From positions 1 through 64,000 of IMG/VR virus record IMGVR_UViG_3300042291_000957: 64,000 nt of DNA, one strand, 5' to 3'. Of this stretch, positions 36,648 to 47,675 are shown one piece after another. Source of the stretch: a virus. The position numbers and the translations under genes were made by a program. How positions within the stretch are numbered: position 1 is the first letter of the stretch; each line of letters opens with the position of its first letter. The notes beneath the pieces were generated by a model, which saw only the letters and a list, made by a program, of their open reading frames with translations, did not search any database and was not told the DNA's origin.

Positions 36648-37173
36648 TAGAGAATGCGCCTACAAAGTATTGGTTAAGGCCTTTTAAGTTTAAGTGTTCC
36701 CAGTCAGCAAAATCTTGCCTGTGCCATAGACTTTTATGTATATCAAAATTATTACCATAACACCACAGTGATGGATCATTTACATTTTTATGATTGTCAT
36801 CCCATATTTCTTCTAGAGGAGTTAATAAAATAATTTTCTTTTTAGTTATTTTTTTAACGTCATTAATTAACTGTAAGCCAGCTGCTTTATCTAAATGTTC
36901 AATAAAATCGATCATTAACACATAGTCAAATTGTTCGTTTTTAACTACGTCTAATATATTATCTGTTTCTAGATTTGCAACGATATCAGGATTAACATCG
37001 GCCCAGGCGTCAACAGTTAAGATTCTACTGCATTTGTTAATAAATGGATTGGAGTACAACTTAGGGCCGCATCCTAGATCTAATAATGTACTACCTTGTT
37101 CAATTATACTGTGTAGGTAATTAATGAGTTGATCATTAGAACTTGCACGTTTTCCGTTAATTATGTGTTTCAT
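36640..37173 (-). CDS. class I SAM-dependent methyltransferase
   Basis: LLDLGCG, DFIEHL. Confidence 0.8.
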   Translation of the reverse strand: MKHIINGKRASSNDQLINYLHSIIEQGSTLLDLGCGPKLYSNPFINKCSRILTVDAWADVNPDIVANLETDNILDVVKNEQFDYVLMIDFIEHLDKAAGLQLINDVKKITKKKIILLTPLEEIWDDNHKNVNDPSLWCYGNNFDIHKSLWHRQDFADWEHLNLKGLNQYFVGAFSNG

Positions 37174-37928
37174 TTTATATCTTCCTTATTGTTTGCTCTA
37201 ATAGACAGATTTTTAATATTTTCATTGTGAAAGACAGCGTTATCTTGAGTAGCTGCAGGATTCAACGGATTGTTAAATCCTTTACCGTGATATTGATGTA
37301 CAACCCAGGGCTTTTCTACAAACTGTATCTGCAGTTCTTTCTTTTTAATTCTTTGAATAAATTCGTCATCGTCATAATTAAAGCCAGCAGCGTATCTTTC
37401 ATCAAATCCATTTAACTCTATTAAATTTTTTCTAGTTATTGCTGTGGTAAAATGATAAGATGCAGGTCGATGCACACTGTGATTATACCAACGGCCTGCT
37501 GAAGTTGTTACATCCAGATAGTTGTTCTTGTGCAAATCAGTTAGTTCCCGTTTGCCGCTAGCAAAGCAATGAAACGAAAGATATACATCATCGTTTAGAT
37601 TATTTTCAGTATAAGAAATAACATCGCCCATATGACAACATTCTGGATTTTGAATAATTATTTTATCGCCTTTACTAGCTCTAAATCCTATGTTATAAGG
37701 TATCGACGGACCAACATACGATTTTTTTGAATTGATTGTCTGCATCTTAATAATTTTAAAATTTAAAGATGGAAATTCTTTTGGCAAGTTATCTACAGAA
37801 TGTGCTGCGGCACTATAATCGTCTACAATAACAATTTCAAAATTTTTAGATAGGCTTTTTTCAAAAGTTGTTAGAGTATACCGCAATTGCGGTAATCGAT
37901 TATAGTAGGCCATTACTATGGATATCAT
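37170..37928 (-). CDS. GT2-family glycosyltransferase
   Basis: ISIVMAYYNR, IVIVDD.S, GFDERY, DDDEF. Confidence 0.85.
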   Translation of the reverse strand: MISIVMAYYNRLPQLRYTLTTFEKSLSKNFEIVIVDDYSAAAHSVDNLPKEFPSLNFKIIKMQTINSKKSYVGPSIPYNIGFRASKGDKIIIQNPECCHMGDVISYTENNLNDDVYLSFHCFASGKRELTDLHKNNYLDVTTSAGRWYNHSVHRPASYHFTTAITRKNLIELNGFDERYAAGFNYDDDEFIQRIKKKELQIQFVEKPWVVHQYHGKGFNNPLNPAATQDNAVFHNENIKNLSIRANNKEDIK

Positions 37929-38542
37929 GATAATTCTAATTCCGCCATTACATACTTAGGCCTTCGATTGAAAGTATTAATAATTTTTACACCTTCTTCA
38001 GCTTCGGGCGTGCCTGTTTTTTTGTACATGACTCGTAAATCCATCACAATTCGTGTTCCTGGATGGGAATGTTTTAAAATTAAATCTCGATAGGTGTTCA
38101 CCGGATAATGAAATCCGCAAGATACCCATGAAGTAATCAAATCGAATTTAACATCTGCTGGAATATTGATATTATTACAATCAATTAGATGATAATTAGT
38201 AGTTCCTAATTTTTTTAATTCTATATCTAAATTTTCTAAAGGATGATAAAATAAAAAGTCATCAACATTTGTGTGATATTTTCCAGTCACTGCTGTAAGC
38301 GATTTAGATTCATTATCGCGAGTATCGCCGTCTAACAACCATAATTCGGAGTTGTATTTCTCATTGAACAATCTAGATTCCCAAGCAAGTCCACATCCAA
38401 TGTCTAAAATTTTCAATGGAGGCGTAGTTAAGTGCTTGTCTAATATTTCAAAGTTTTCAATTTTGTATTGTTGATATGCTTCTGTATCCCAAAGACCGCC
38501 ATCGCCGATCCATTTTTTTGGTTCTCTTTTTTCTTCTGTCAT
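37925..38542 (-). CDS. class I SAM-dependent methyltransferase
   Basis: ILDIGCGLA, FDLITS..SCGFHYP. Confidence 0.8.
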   Translation of the reverse strand: MTEEKREPKKWIGDGGLWDTEAYQQYKIENFEILDKHLTTPPLKILDIGCGLAWESRLFNEKYNSELWLLDGDTRDNESKSLTAVTGKYHTNVDDFLFYHPLENLDIELKKLGTTNYHLIDCNNINIPADVKFDLITSWVSCGFHYPVNTYRDLILKHSHPGTRIVMDLRVMYKKTGTPEAEEGVKIINTFNRRPKYVMAELELS

Positions 38543-38883
38543 TTAGAATATCCCACGGTTTCTCTTGCAATATCATCGTGGTCAAATTCAGCCCAATATA
38601 ATTCAAAGGCAACACAATCAGTAACTGCTTCAAACTGATGATATTCGCCCGGAGCAACTTTGGTATACTGTCCAGGTTTTAATAGTGTTTCGTCAACTAG
38701 ATCATAATTATTCTTCCATACACGAATAATCATTTCTCCTTGTTCAACAAAAAATCCATTCCATTTAAATTTGTGTTTGTGTTTTGAACATACGCCGCCT
38801 GCACGAGCTTCGATGCGATGAAATTCTAATACACCGTTTGCTTCAAGGAGTTCTGTTTGACCCCATACTTTTCCTTGTTTCAT
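38539..38883 (-). CDS. cupin-domain protein
   Basis: CSKHKH..K, PGEYHQF. Confidence 0.8.
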   Translation of the reverse strand: MKQGKVWGQTELLEANGVLEFHRIEARAGGVCSKHKHKFKWNGFFVEQGEMIIRVWKNNYDLVDETLLKPGQYTKVAPGEYHQFEAVTDCVAFELYWAEFDHDDIARETVGYSK

Positions 38884-38906
38884 ATAATATCCTTATTTTT
38901 TACTTA

Positions 38907-39413
38907 TCACAAAACTTTGTCCAGTTGCAGTATTTCACTTTGTCTGCTGACTTCTTTGACAAAATAAGCACACGGCGGGTTAGGATCATCGTGTAAAGGA
39001 ACAGTTAATAACTGTCCGTTTTTCATTTTGGGAAAATACCAACGCACATCTTGATAAATGTTAACGATCTCTATAGGCATGTATTCACATTTAAATCCTT
39101 TTACTGGATTAAAAATAAATGCATCAAATCCACGTTCATTAATGCTGGTCAACGGTAATACTTCCGGATCCATACCGCAGTCACGATCTCCTACTATCAT
39201 ACACCAGTCTAGGGGCATCTGTATTTCATATCCGCCAATGTTTAACAATATTGCAGGGCTATTAAATGATTCAAGAAAAATCAACGGCATAAAGAAGAAA
39301 TCAGGCTCGCTAGGATTTGAATTATCTAGTACTGAAAATCTTGTATCTTCATCTACCTCATCTGGCAATTCGTTTAGATCAAAAGATCTATTGTTTAGTG
39401 TTAGTATTTTCAT
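38907..39413 (-). CDS. hypothetical protein
   Basis: 168-aa ORF in operon. Confidence 0.7.
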   Translation of the reverse strand: MKILTLNNRSFDLNELPDEVDEDTRFSVLDNSNPSEPDFFFMPLIFLESFNSPAILLNIGGYEIQMPLDWCMIVGDRDCGMDPEVLPLTSINERGFDAFIFNPVKGFKCEYMPIEIVNIYQDVRWYFPKMKNGQLLTVPLHDDPNPPCAYFVKEVSRQSEILQLDKVL

Positions 39414-39466
39414 AATTTCTTATTGATCCTTTATATTTCTAATAATTTTTTAAGATATCTACAATT

Positions 39467-40114
39467 TCATCTATTAACATTGTTAGCTTGCTCCTTGGCT
39501 AATCTAATACATTCCATATTAGGGTTTTTTCTTTTTCCATTACCCCAAGTATGACAAAACCAAGGTCCGGTGTTTTTTGCATTAAATTTAGCATTCATAT
39601 ATTCTATTTTTACTTTAGAATCATCTACACAATTTCCTAGTGCGGTATTATCGTGATGCGGTAATGGAATATCAAATCTATATTTTAAGTATGGCAACAT
39701 GTGATCTCTACTGGCCTTGTTTAATATGAATACACCAGCATTAAATTCACCGTTATCAGGAACACCATATCTGACCACACTCCAATGAGTACAAACTTTG
39801 AAACTATCTAATGATGGATACATTTCGAAAATACTAGGACTATCATGATATATTAAAACATCGGAATCTAAATATAAAATTTGATCATATTCATCAGTCC
39901 ACTTTGATTCTTCAAATAATCTAAATCTTTCGTAAGTAGGATGTATATAATTTATATATGGATCTGTCAATAATATATAATCGGCATCTATTCTTTTAGC
40001 ATACTGTCTAGCCAATGTAAATGATATTTCGCTTAAAGTATCAAAACTTGGTAGAAGATTTGGATTCCCGTATTTTTTAGTGTCAATATATATTTGGACA
40101 ATTAAATTTTTCAT
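39467..40114 (-). CDS. GT-A glycosyltransferase (GT8-like)
   Basis: YDQILYLDSD, FNAGV. Confidence 0.75.
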   Translation of the reverse strand: MKNLIVQIYIDTKKYGNPNLLPSFDTLSEISFTLARQYAKRIDADYILLTDPYINYIHPTYERFRLFEESKWTDEYDQILYLDSDVLIYHDSPSIFEMYPSLDSFKVCTHWSVVRYGVPDNGEFNAGVFILNKASRDHMLPYLKYRFDIPLPHHDNTALGNCVDDSKVKIEYMNAKFNAKNTGPWFCHTWGNGKRKNPNMECIRLAKEQANNVNR

Positions 40115-41565
40115 ATATTGACCTTTGTTATCACGAAGGGGTACTTCGCTTCTTTATAAAATTTCTTACGTTCCGTAAGATGTCTTTTAGCGTATTTGCA
40201 GGCGCTGGTGATATCCCAGATTTCCACGTGGTCTTTGTCTTCGGCTCTCCGAATACCCCGTCCAATGCTTTGTATAACTCGAACAAAGCTCTTTCCGGGC
40301 TCAATAAGAACCAAATTAAAAATACGGGGGATATTAATACCCACAGCGGCCACACCGTAAGTCGCCACAATAATCTTATCAGCACTAGTTTTAATTTCAT
40401 CATATTCTTCTTTTCTGTCAGTTAATTTAACTGCTCCGCTAATGAACACACTGTCTGGCAACATTGCAGTTAGTTTGTCGCCTGTGTCAATTCTATTCAC
40501 TAGTACAAGAGTGTTGCCGGTCTGAGAAATTTCTTTGATTTTATTCCCCATCCAACTGATACGATGATCGTCAGTGACTAGAAAGCTATATTCTTCTTGA
40601 TAATTACGGAAAACCTGCACGTCATTGGTTTGTAGAATATTGATCTGTAAATTAGCCAACACGCCTTTTTCTTGTAGATCGTGTGCAGATACTTGATTGA
40701 TTACTGGACCTATACTGGCAAGAATTCCTTGAAATTCCCATGCTTCTTTAGGCACAGTACCTGTAAGTCCCCAACGTATGGCGCAGTTGCTAAAATTCTG
40801 TGTAAGAAGTTTTGTTAACACGTCTGCTTTGGCCTGATGTACTTCGTCTATGATAATAGCTGCTACACCCTCGATAAACTCTGCCAAGCTAAGTGTAGCA
40901 TCGTCATAACTTTTCTTATCAAGTACGTTGAGACTTTGCCACGTACAGATAGTATGAGTACGACCTAGTTCTTTCCTATCACCAAAGTACACGCCAACGT
41001 CTAGTCCAAGATTTCGATAATCTTCTTCAGTCTGTACTACTAGACTTTTGTTAGGTACGATAACCATGGTGCGACCATAGGGCTCGCACAAGTGGCTGAG
41101 CGTGGCAGTGGTAATGGTCTTGCCAGCACCTGTAGCCACTTCTTGCAAGGCCTGTGTATTTTCTAAAAATTTGTTGACAACATCAAATTGATAATCACGC
41201 AGTACAATGGGCGTGCCAGCTTCAGGATGTCCCTTGGGCCAAGTCTTGCCTTGATCGGCCCAGTAATTTTCTGTGATAGGTTCAAATTCTATTCGACTGT
41301 GTTGTCTTAGATCTTCTATGTCAATTTCATATCCTGCATCTTCAATTATAGGCAGTATTACATCTAGATGTGCAAGATATCCCGTCCCGCCAATACCAAA
41401 ATAAGTTTTAGTTCCATCCCATCTGCCCAGCTTGTAAGAAGGCATATGACGTGCGTAAGGCAAATCAAACTTTAATTTGTTGGCGATCTTTCGACGTGTT
41501 TCTACTGCAAGTCCTTCGAACTTGATATTTACTTCGTCTTTAATTATAAGTCTACAAGATGTCAA
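40111..41565 (-). CDS. uvsW: UvsW-like SF2 DNA helicase
   Basis: LRDYQ, ATGAGKT, DEVH, GLTGT, QSIGRGIR. Confidence 0.92.
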   Translation of the reverse strand: MTSCRLIIKDEVNIKFEGLAVETRRKIANKLKFDLPYARHMPSYKLGRWDGTKTYFGIGGTGYLAHLDVILPIIEDAGYEIDIEDLRQHSRIEFEPITENYWADQGKTWPKGHPEAGTPIVLRDYQFDVVNKFLENTQALQEVATGAGKTITTATLSHLCEPYGRTMVIVPNKSLVVQTEEDYRNLGLDVGVYFGDRKELGRTHTICTWQSLNVLDKKSYDDATLSLAEFIEGVAAIIIDEVHQAKADVLTKLLTQNFSNCAIRWGLTGTVPKEAWEFQGILASIGPVINQVSAHDLQEKGVLANLQINILQTNDVQVFRNYQEEYSFLVTDDHRISWMGNKIKEISQTGNTLVLVNRIDTGDKLTAMLPDSVFISGAVKLTDRKEEYDEIKTSADKIIVATYGVAAVGINIPRIFNLVLIEPGKSFVRVIQSIGRGIRRAEDKDHVEIWDITSACKYAKRHLTERKKFYKEAKYPFVITKVNI

Positions 41566-42748
41566 ATGATGTTGCCCCTTTGGGTAGAGTTGGTTTTATT
41601 TCACCTAGATAAATTACACATGGATGACTAGTCATCCAGTCGTTTACATAGGTATTGGGATTGATATATAAGTTATTTGTAACAACAATTTTAACATCAA
41701 TGTTATTTTTAAACAACCACTTAGCCGGTTTATGTTCAAATATAAAAATTTTTCCGTCTTCAACAGGTCTCCCAAGATCATTGTCTTTGATCCATTGATT
41801 AAGCCCAGTGTTAGATTCTTTACTTTCTCTAAAACAAATTCTAATATCAGACCTTGAAATTTGACATTTTTCAGAATCTTTTATAAATGTTTCTAACCAT
41901 TGTTCTTTGTTGGATGCACGATCTAACACTATAGAAATTTTACCATCTATTTTTTTATATACATCAAACAATTTTTCGTTGCTATCAATCCAAAAAATAT
42001 TGTTGTTACTTGATGCAATTTTTTCCACAATTTCTTGTGATTTTGAAACAAGTTTTAAAGGAAACTGCATGGCTTTTGCTAACAACATATCGTGGTATAT
42101 ATCACCAGTTGAATTTTTTTCAAAGTATGCATCTGCATATTCATTGCTGTTTATCAAGACCAATTGATTTTCAAAAATTGTACTGTGAGGCACGAAATCT
42201 TCCTGATTGGCCCATATTTCTTCCACCAATTCTACTGCCTCTAAAAAAGAATCATCTATTTCAAAATTATGTTTTTGTAAAAATTCATACAGAGCCACAA
42301 CATTGATTTCTGAAAATTTTACTTCTCTCAGTTTCTTTTCTTGATTCCACTTCGAATGCCTAAAATGGTCTTTTTCAGTTGAAAATTCTCGGTCAAATGT
42401 TTCTTTCATACTAAACGGGAATTTTAAAAATATCAAAAGTTCTCCAGTCTCATCTTTTTCTACAAATATTTTTTTGGTGAGATCTAGTATTCTAAATTCA
42501 TTTTTCCATACTGGATTTTCAATTTGATCAGAATAGTCAAAATTATATTTTTGTGCTATGACCTTGTGTTTTTTTAGTATTTTTACAATCAGTCCAGCCT
42601 GACTCTGAGTCAACAGTGATCCATTTGATATCAACGAATAAAAATTATAAGTGGCACTTTGATCTTGACCAGTCAAGGCAAAACCGTGACGTACCATAAG
42701 ATTATAAAATTCTAAAAAGATGTCTTCAGTGTATTGATACGGTACCAT
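41552..42748 (-). CDS. hypothetical protein
   Basis: long ORF; promoter TTGATT-17-TATAAT ending 6 nt before ATG 42748. Confidence 0.7.
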   Translation of the reverse strand: MVPYQYTEDIFLEFYNLMVRHGFALTGQDQSATYNFYSLISNGSLLTQSQAGLIVKILKKHKVIAQKYNFDYSDQIENPVWKNEFRILDLTKKIFVEKDETGELLIFLKFPFSMKETFDREFSTEKDHFRHSKWNQEKKLREVKFSEINVVALYEFLQKHNFEIDDSFLEAVELVEEIWANQEDFVPHSTIFENQLVLINSNEYADAYFEKNSTGDIYHDMLLAKAMQFPLKLVSKSQEIVEKIASSNNNIFWIDSNEKLFDVYKKIDGKISIVLDRASNKEQWLETFIKDSEKCQISRSDIRICFRESKESNTGLNQWIKDNDLGRPVEDGKIFIFEHKPAKWLFKNNIDVKIVVTNNLYINPNTYVNDWMTSHPCVIYLGEIKPTLPKGATSFDIL

Positions 42749-42779
42749 TGTTATATTATAACACCGATAATTTTTAAAA

Positions 42780-43634
42780 TCAACTATGTGTTTGTAATAG
42801 ATGCTCGATGTGTTTCTGTAGTCTAAGAATTGGCATTCCCTGACCAATCTCTTCCACAGTCCACTCACTATGACAGAGTTTTAAAAACCATTCATCTCGA
42901 TCCAGCAGTTGAGGATTCTCCAAATTTTCCCATTTTTCACTAACCGGATGTGCCAAACTTGATGTATCGCATATTACAGGAATTCCATTTATAGCTGCCT
43001 GCACGGCCGGTCCGCTATTATGATTTATTACACAATGGTAATTGTAATTAATGTCAAAATCGTCATAACTGTTTTGTATTTTTCTTGGCGTCTCAACCAC
43101 AGCGTCTACAAATTTCTCACGAATTTGTGATCTTGGGTGGGGCCTAACCACGATTTTTCTATCACTGTATTTCTTTATTTCGAGAATGGTTTGCTTGACC
43201 CATTGTTCCATTGATGGTTGATCGCACCATTGCAAACTAGCACTATGTTGGCAGGCAATTAGAATTTCTTGCCTTCGATGATGATTTACAGGTTGTAGTG
43301 AAACCCCTAAAATTTGTGGTCTTGCTAGATCTAAATCTTGTTGATTGCCAAATATACCAAAATTGTTGATATGGTTTAGTCCTATTCGCCAGGTCATTCC
43401 TCTTTTTAAATTTCCCACCTCGATGATTATAATAGGTCTGTGATTTTTAATAGAATTTTCATAGATCAACTTATTTGGCCGCATTCTCCCTTGCCATAGC
43501 ACAGACCAAATCACACCTACATCTTCATCCCTATCTACTACTGAATGTCCTAGTTTTTTTAAGCCTGCAGAAAAGGCTGCAAATACAGGAGTGCTGTTTA
43601 GTGCTCCATTTTCTTGATAAATTCTAAAACGCAT
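42780..43634 (-). CDS. capsule-synthesis (KpsS/KpsC-like) GT-B glycosyltransferase paralog
   Basis: VVRPHP, NSGPAVQAAINGIPV. Confidence 0.65.
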   Translation of the reverse strand: MRFRIYQENGALNSTPVFAAFSAGLKKLGHSVVDRDEDVGVIWSVLWQGRMRPNKLIYENSIKNHRPIIIIEVGNLKRGMTWRIGLNHINNFGIFGNQQDLDLARPQILGVSLQPVNHHRRQEILIACQHSASLQWCDQPSMEQWVKQTILEIKKYSDRKIVVRPHPRSQIREKFVDAVVETPRKIQNSYDDFDINYNYHCVINHNSGPAVQAAINGIPVICDTSSLAHPVSEKWENLENPQLLDRDEWFLKLCHSEWTVEEIGQGMPILRLQKHIEHLLQTHS

Positions 43635-43663
43635 TTTCTTTGAAATAAATATATGAGTATTTA

Positions 43664-44071
43664 ATGAAACGTATGAACAAATTTATTAAAAGAATTAGTA
43701 AATCAAAAAAAAATATTAGAAATATTCTAGTAGTAGGCACCGGATGGGAGAAACTACCAAATCTTTGTAATGGATTTGCCAGTGTGTTTGTAATTTCTAC
43801 CGGAACGCAAGACTTTCGAAGAAAAAATCTCATATATAAAGAAAGTTTCGATCAAATAGAAACATTGCCAGACATAGACGCTATTGTGATGGATAGAGAT
43901 CAAGACATACATGTGTCTAAATTGCTCCCGTTACTTCAAAGGTATCAATCAGTTATACTAGTTCAAGGTGTTGAGTTGTTTGCCAAGACAGAATACAAGT
44001 TTTTGAAAACATACGGATATGCTGTCACAGAAATGTTCGGAGATTCTCATATATGGAAAAAAATAAATTGA
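43664..44071 (+). CDS. hypothetical protein
   Basis: ORF in divergent pair. Confidence 0.6.
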   Translation: MKRMNKFIKRISKSKKNIRNILVVGTGWEKLPNLCNGFASVFVISTGTQDFRRKNLIYKESFDQIETLPDIDAIVMDRDQDIHVSKLLPLLQRYQSVILVQGVELFAKTEYKFLKTYGYAVTEMFGDSHIWKKIN

Positions 44072-44901
44072 AAATTGCAGTCGTAACTACCTTTCACGGA
44101 GAAGGTCTAGAAAAGTATGCACAACGTATGATCAATACTTTTTGCACTAACTGGCCTGCTGAAGTTGTTCTTCATCTCTATCCGGAAAACTGTAATCCTG
44201 CAATCAGTGATCACAGTCACGTTACGCTGAAAAGGTTAGAAGAAGTTGAAGAATTGATGGCTTTCAAAAACACATGGCAAGGTGTACCTAAAGCCAACGG
44301 CGACGTCAGCGCCGACCCGGTGAGATCACTAAGAAAGGATGCCGGCAAAGGATTCAAATGGCACGCAGTAAGATTTGCACACAAAGTCTATGCTATTTTT
44401 GACTGTGCAAGGACTACCGATGCAGATATCTTGGTATGGATGGACGCAGACACTATTTGCCATAGTCCTATATCCATGCAAAACTTGTACAGAATGATTC
44501 CTGCAGATTCAGAACTGTGTTATCTTGGAAGAAAAGGCAAATATTCAGAGTGTGGATTATATTCTATGAACCTACGCAGTCCTAATGTACAGGCATTCTT
44601 GAAAGAATTTCAAAGATTCTATGATCAAGCAGAACAGGGAATTTTTCAGTTAGCCGAATGGCATGACAGTTTTGTTTTTGATGCTGTGCGTGTGAAATTT
44701 CCACAAATGAGGCAGTTAGATTGGGCTGCTCATCTACATGATATTCGTCCTAGATTAGGAAGTTCACAAGGTGAAGGCCATCCGTTAATCAACAGCGAAT
44801 GGGGTGCCTGGTTAGATCATCTTAAGGGAGGCCGAAAGAAATTAGGTCGTAGTAAGTTAGAAGATCTAAAGGTTAAAAGAACGGAAGCCTACTGGAGCTA
44901 G
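44053..44901 (+). CDS. putative GT-A glycosyltransferase
   Basis: RFAHKVYA, WMDAD (DxD), EWHDSFVFD, HLKG. Confidence 0.7.
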   Translation: MEKNKLKIAVVTTFHGEGLEKYAQRMINTFCTNWPAEVVLHLYPENCNPAISDHSHVTLKRLEEVEELMAFKNTWQGVPKANGDVSADPVRSLRKDAGKGFKWHAVRFAHKVYAIFDCARTTDADILVWMDADTICHSPISMQNLYRMIPADSELCYLGRKGKYSECGLYSMNLRSPNVQAFLKEFQRFYDQAEQGIFQLAEWHDSFVFDAVRVKFPQMRQLDWAAHLHDIRPRLGSSQGEGHPLINSEWGAWLDHLKGGRKKLGRSKLEDLKVKRTEAYWS

Positions 44902-45821
44902 ATATATTGTTTAAAAAATTTCCAAGCTTCGCCGGATCGGAGTTCATCAAAATTCCAATGACACATACTAATTTTTTCAACCCAGGCTTGGCGTTCTAGC
45001 AAAACTGGATTTTCTATATTACTTAGATCAATATTGGCTACTGCAACTGTTTGACTGTGTTCTGGTATAGGATCAGTTAAAAAAATTGGAATTCCTTCAA
45101 TTACACTAGCTACACTAGGACTACTATTGTAAACTACTGTAGCCCAGGCATTATGTAAATCTTCTTTGAGCTCGGTTCTAGTACTAAGTGAAACTGCCTT
45201 GTGATTTATCTTGAGATAGCCCATAATTTTTTTATCTCCAGGATGCGCTCTGACAACTATCGGCCTCTGGCTATATTTTCTTATTTCTAAGATAGTGGAA
45301 TTCATCCATTGTATAACATCTAGCCCTCCCATACTCCATCCGCCATTACGTTGAAGACATAATAGAATATGATTACCAGTTTTACGATATGGTTTTAGTG
45401 AAATATTTAAATTTTGACTAATTTTTTGCCACCTAGTATGATCAACATCTTTATCAAAATAAAATCCTGTGGTAGGAAATACTCCGTCGAAGCTATATCT
45501 CAGATAATGCCAAGGATTAGCTTTATTTGAAAACAAAAAAAGACTGCTGTCTACTATTAGCGATCTTTTATTTTGACTTTTTTGCAGATTTACCACATTT
45601 TTTCTTAATTGCAGATGCGGTGCAGATTTACCCTGATCATGTACAAAACCTTGTATCAGTGCAACGTCACAAGGAACAACATTTGTTCCATAGTGTGCCA
45701 CAGCGGTATCACCTATAGTTGTAACACCTTGACAAAAATAATCTAATATTTGGGGTTTTTCTAAATTTTTGTTATTAGGTGGTATACCAGCATAGTAAGC
45801 CACTGCTGTGATATTAGACAC
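44898..45821 (-). CDS. KpsS/KpsC-like glycosyltransferase paralog
   Basis: VVRAHP, YNSSPSVASVIEGIP. Confidence 0.65.
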   Translation of the reverse strand: MSNITAVAYYAGIPPNNKNLEKPQILDYFCQGVTTIGDTAVAHYGTNVVPCDVALIQGFVHDQGKSAPHLQLRKNVVNLQKSQNKRSLIVDSSLFLFSNKANPWHYLRYSFDGVFPTTGFYFDKDVDHTRWQKISQNLNISLKPYRKTGNHILLCLQRNGGWSMGGLDVIQWMNSTILEIRKYSQRPIVVRAHPGDKKIMGYLKINHKAVSLSTRTELKEDLHNAWATVVYNSSPSVASVIEGIPIFLTDPIPEHSQTVAVANIDLSNIENPVLLERQAWVEKISMCHWNFDELRSGEAWKFFKQYI

Positions 45822-46908
45822 CGTGATATTCCTTCACAATATTCAATGCAGTGCCGTCCATTAGTTCATCGTAAGTAAATTGACAATAGCTGAGCCACGC
45901 TAGCCAATCTCCTAGTGGTCCATAATATAAATCGTTGACCTGTGCAAGATTGTTTCTAGTTACAGAATTACTCACGTGCTTGTTAAGGGTAATAGCAGGT
46001 ATACCAGCCCAAATAGATTCTACAGCACTATTGGAATTGATGCTGACTGTGCAATAGTAATCCCCTTGCATTAATGTTTTATATAGACTAGTTCGACTTT
46101 TTTTATTGACCTTGGATCTAATTTCTATAGGTCGGTCTGTGTGTTTTTTTAATTCCAGTATAACAGATTCTGTCCAAGATTTTGCTTCTACGTGCATGAT
46201 GCTAGCAGCAAATTCTCCCGGTTCAACAATCAATATCTTCTTACCCTCTTTACGCCAGGGACTAGGAAATTCTGTAAAATTTTTTAACCTATCTGCAGGT
46301 GCAATAAATTGATTATTAAAATGCAAGTGATTTCTTGTGAGCCTATGCCACTTTTTATTGGATTCAATAAAATTTGTATATCCGCTATCTATAAACCAAA
46401 ACGGGAGATTGTTATCAATTTTATCTACAATGATATGTTCATTACCCACAGTGTTTCTTAACAGGCAATCTTCTACACTGTTTATGAAATCTTTCCGTCT
46501 AACCATAGTTGCTGTAGGATCAATTTGTTGTCCAACAGTTTTGATAAAATATTGTCGATTACTTTTCATATAAGAGTCAATAATATTGTTGACTCCTAAT
46601 TTTTCTATTACATATTCTGTTTGTTTATGTATTTGACCAAAATAATTTTTTCTATAGTTTTCTAAAATTGTATTGACTTTACTGCGCCATTCTGTAGTAT
46701 CTGCAGTTACTCCCCTTAGCAATTTTTGTTTAAATTTATCACGGAATTTTTCAATGTCAAATTTATGATGATTTCTTTTGTCAATAACAAAATCTATTGC
46801 TTCGGCGGTTTTTAATTCATTTAACTCAATATGAGAACAATGATCTTTTAGATCTATAAGACTTATAAGATAGTGTGCAATTTCTTTGTCGTTTACTAGT
46901 AGTTTCAT
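45814..46908 (-). CDS. KpsS/KpsC-like glycosyltransferase paralog
   Basis: FIDSGY, NSNSAVESIWAGIP, YCQFT..E. Confidence 0.65.
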   Translation of the reverse strand: MKLLVNDKEIAHYLISLIDLKDHCSHIELNELKTAEAIDFVIDKRNHHKFDIEKFRDKFKQKLLRGVTADTTEWRSKVNTILENYRKNYFGQIHKQTEYVIEKLGVNNIIDSYMKSNRQYFIKTVGQQIDPTATMVRRKDFINSVEDCLLRNTVGNEHIIVDKIDNNLPFWFIDSGYTNFIESNKKWHRLTRNHLHFNNQFIAPADRLKNFTEFPSPWRKEGKKILIVEPGEFAASIMHVEAKSWTESVILELKKHTDRPIEIRSKVNKKSRTSLYKTLMQGDYYCTVSINSNSAVESIWAGIPAITLNKHVSNSVTRNNLAQVNDLYYGPLGDWLAWLSYCQFTYDELMDGTALNIVKEYHGV

Positions 46909-47675
46909 TGGTTTAATATTTTCCAGGCTGTGCCGTTGGCAATTTCTTCATTAGTGAATTGACCATAAGACAAGGTCTTACACATCTTAGTTATATCTTC
47001 TAATAGTGGTCTATACGGATTTTTAAGTGTGGACAGATCAGTAGATGCCAATGTGCTGGCTGCGCAAGGCACTGAAATAAATGCAGGAATACCGTATAGT
47101 ACACTTTCCAAAGATGCTATACTATTAAAAGAAACAGTGGCATAGACTCCGCTATCAAAAGCATTATAGATAGAATATCCGTGATTTCTTTCGCTTCTTG
47201 CACCCTTGACCCTAACTTCAACAGGAAGATCTGAATAAGTTTTGATTTTTTCTGTAGTTTCTACAATCCAAGCATCGCAGTCTATATCATAATATCTACA
47301 GGCTTTAGGATTAGGTAATACTAACAAAATTTTCTTATTGTGATTTTTCCATCCTTGCCATACTAGTCTAGGATCTTGTTTCTGTAATTTTTCCCATCTA
47401 TCAGAATCTACATTTTTAGGAAGTGAATGTTGTAGATTGTTTTTAACTACTCTGTGCCATATTTTTTTCCCGGAAGTATTTCCTGGACTAGGAAAATTCC
47501 CCAAATAACCAGTATCTATATAATAGAAATCTCTTTGCGTTTTTTGACATTCAACTATTTCACTTTTGCTAGTTACACCACGAACTACCATAGGCTTAGA
47601 AAATTCTTCCATTTTTGTTGTACAGTAATTAGTTGACCCTTGTACCAAAGCTTCTTCTAAAGATATTTCTTTCAT
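46905..47675 (-). CDS. KpsS/KpsC-like glycosyltransferase paralog
   Basis: YIDTGYLGN, FNSIASLESVLYGIP, YGQFT..E. Confidence 0.65.
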   Translation of the reverse strand: MKEISLEEALVQGSTNYCTTKMEEFSKPMVVRGVTSKSEIVECQKTQRDFYYIDTGYLGNFPSPGNTSGKKIWHRVVKNNLQHSLPKNVDSDRWEKLQKQDPRLVWQGWKNHNKKILLVLPNPKACRYYDIDCDAWIVETTEKIKTYSDLPVEVRVKGARSERNHGYSIYNAFDSGVYATVSFNSIASLESVLYGIPAFISVPCAASTLASTDLSTLKNPYRPLLEDITKMCKTLSYGQFTNEEIANGTAWKILNQ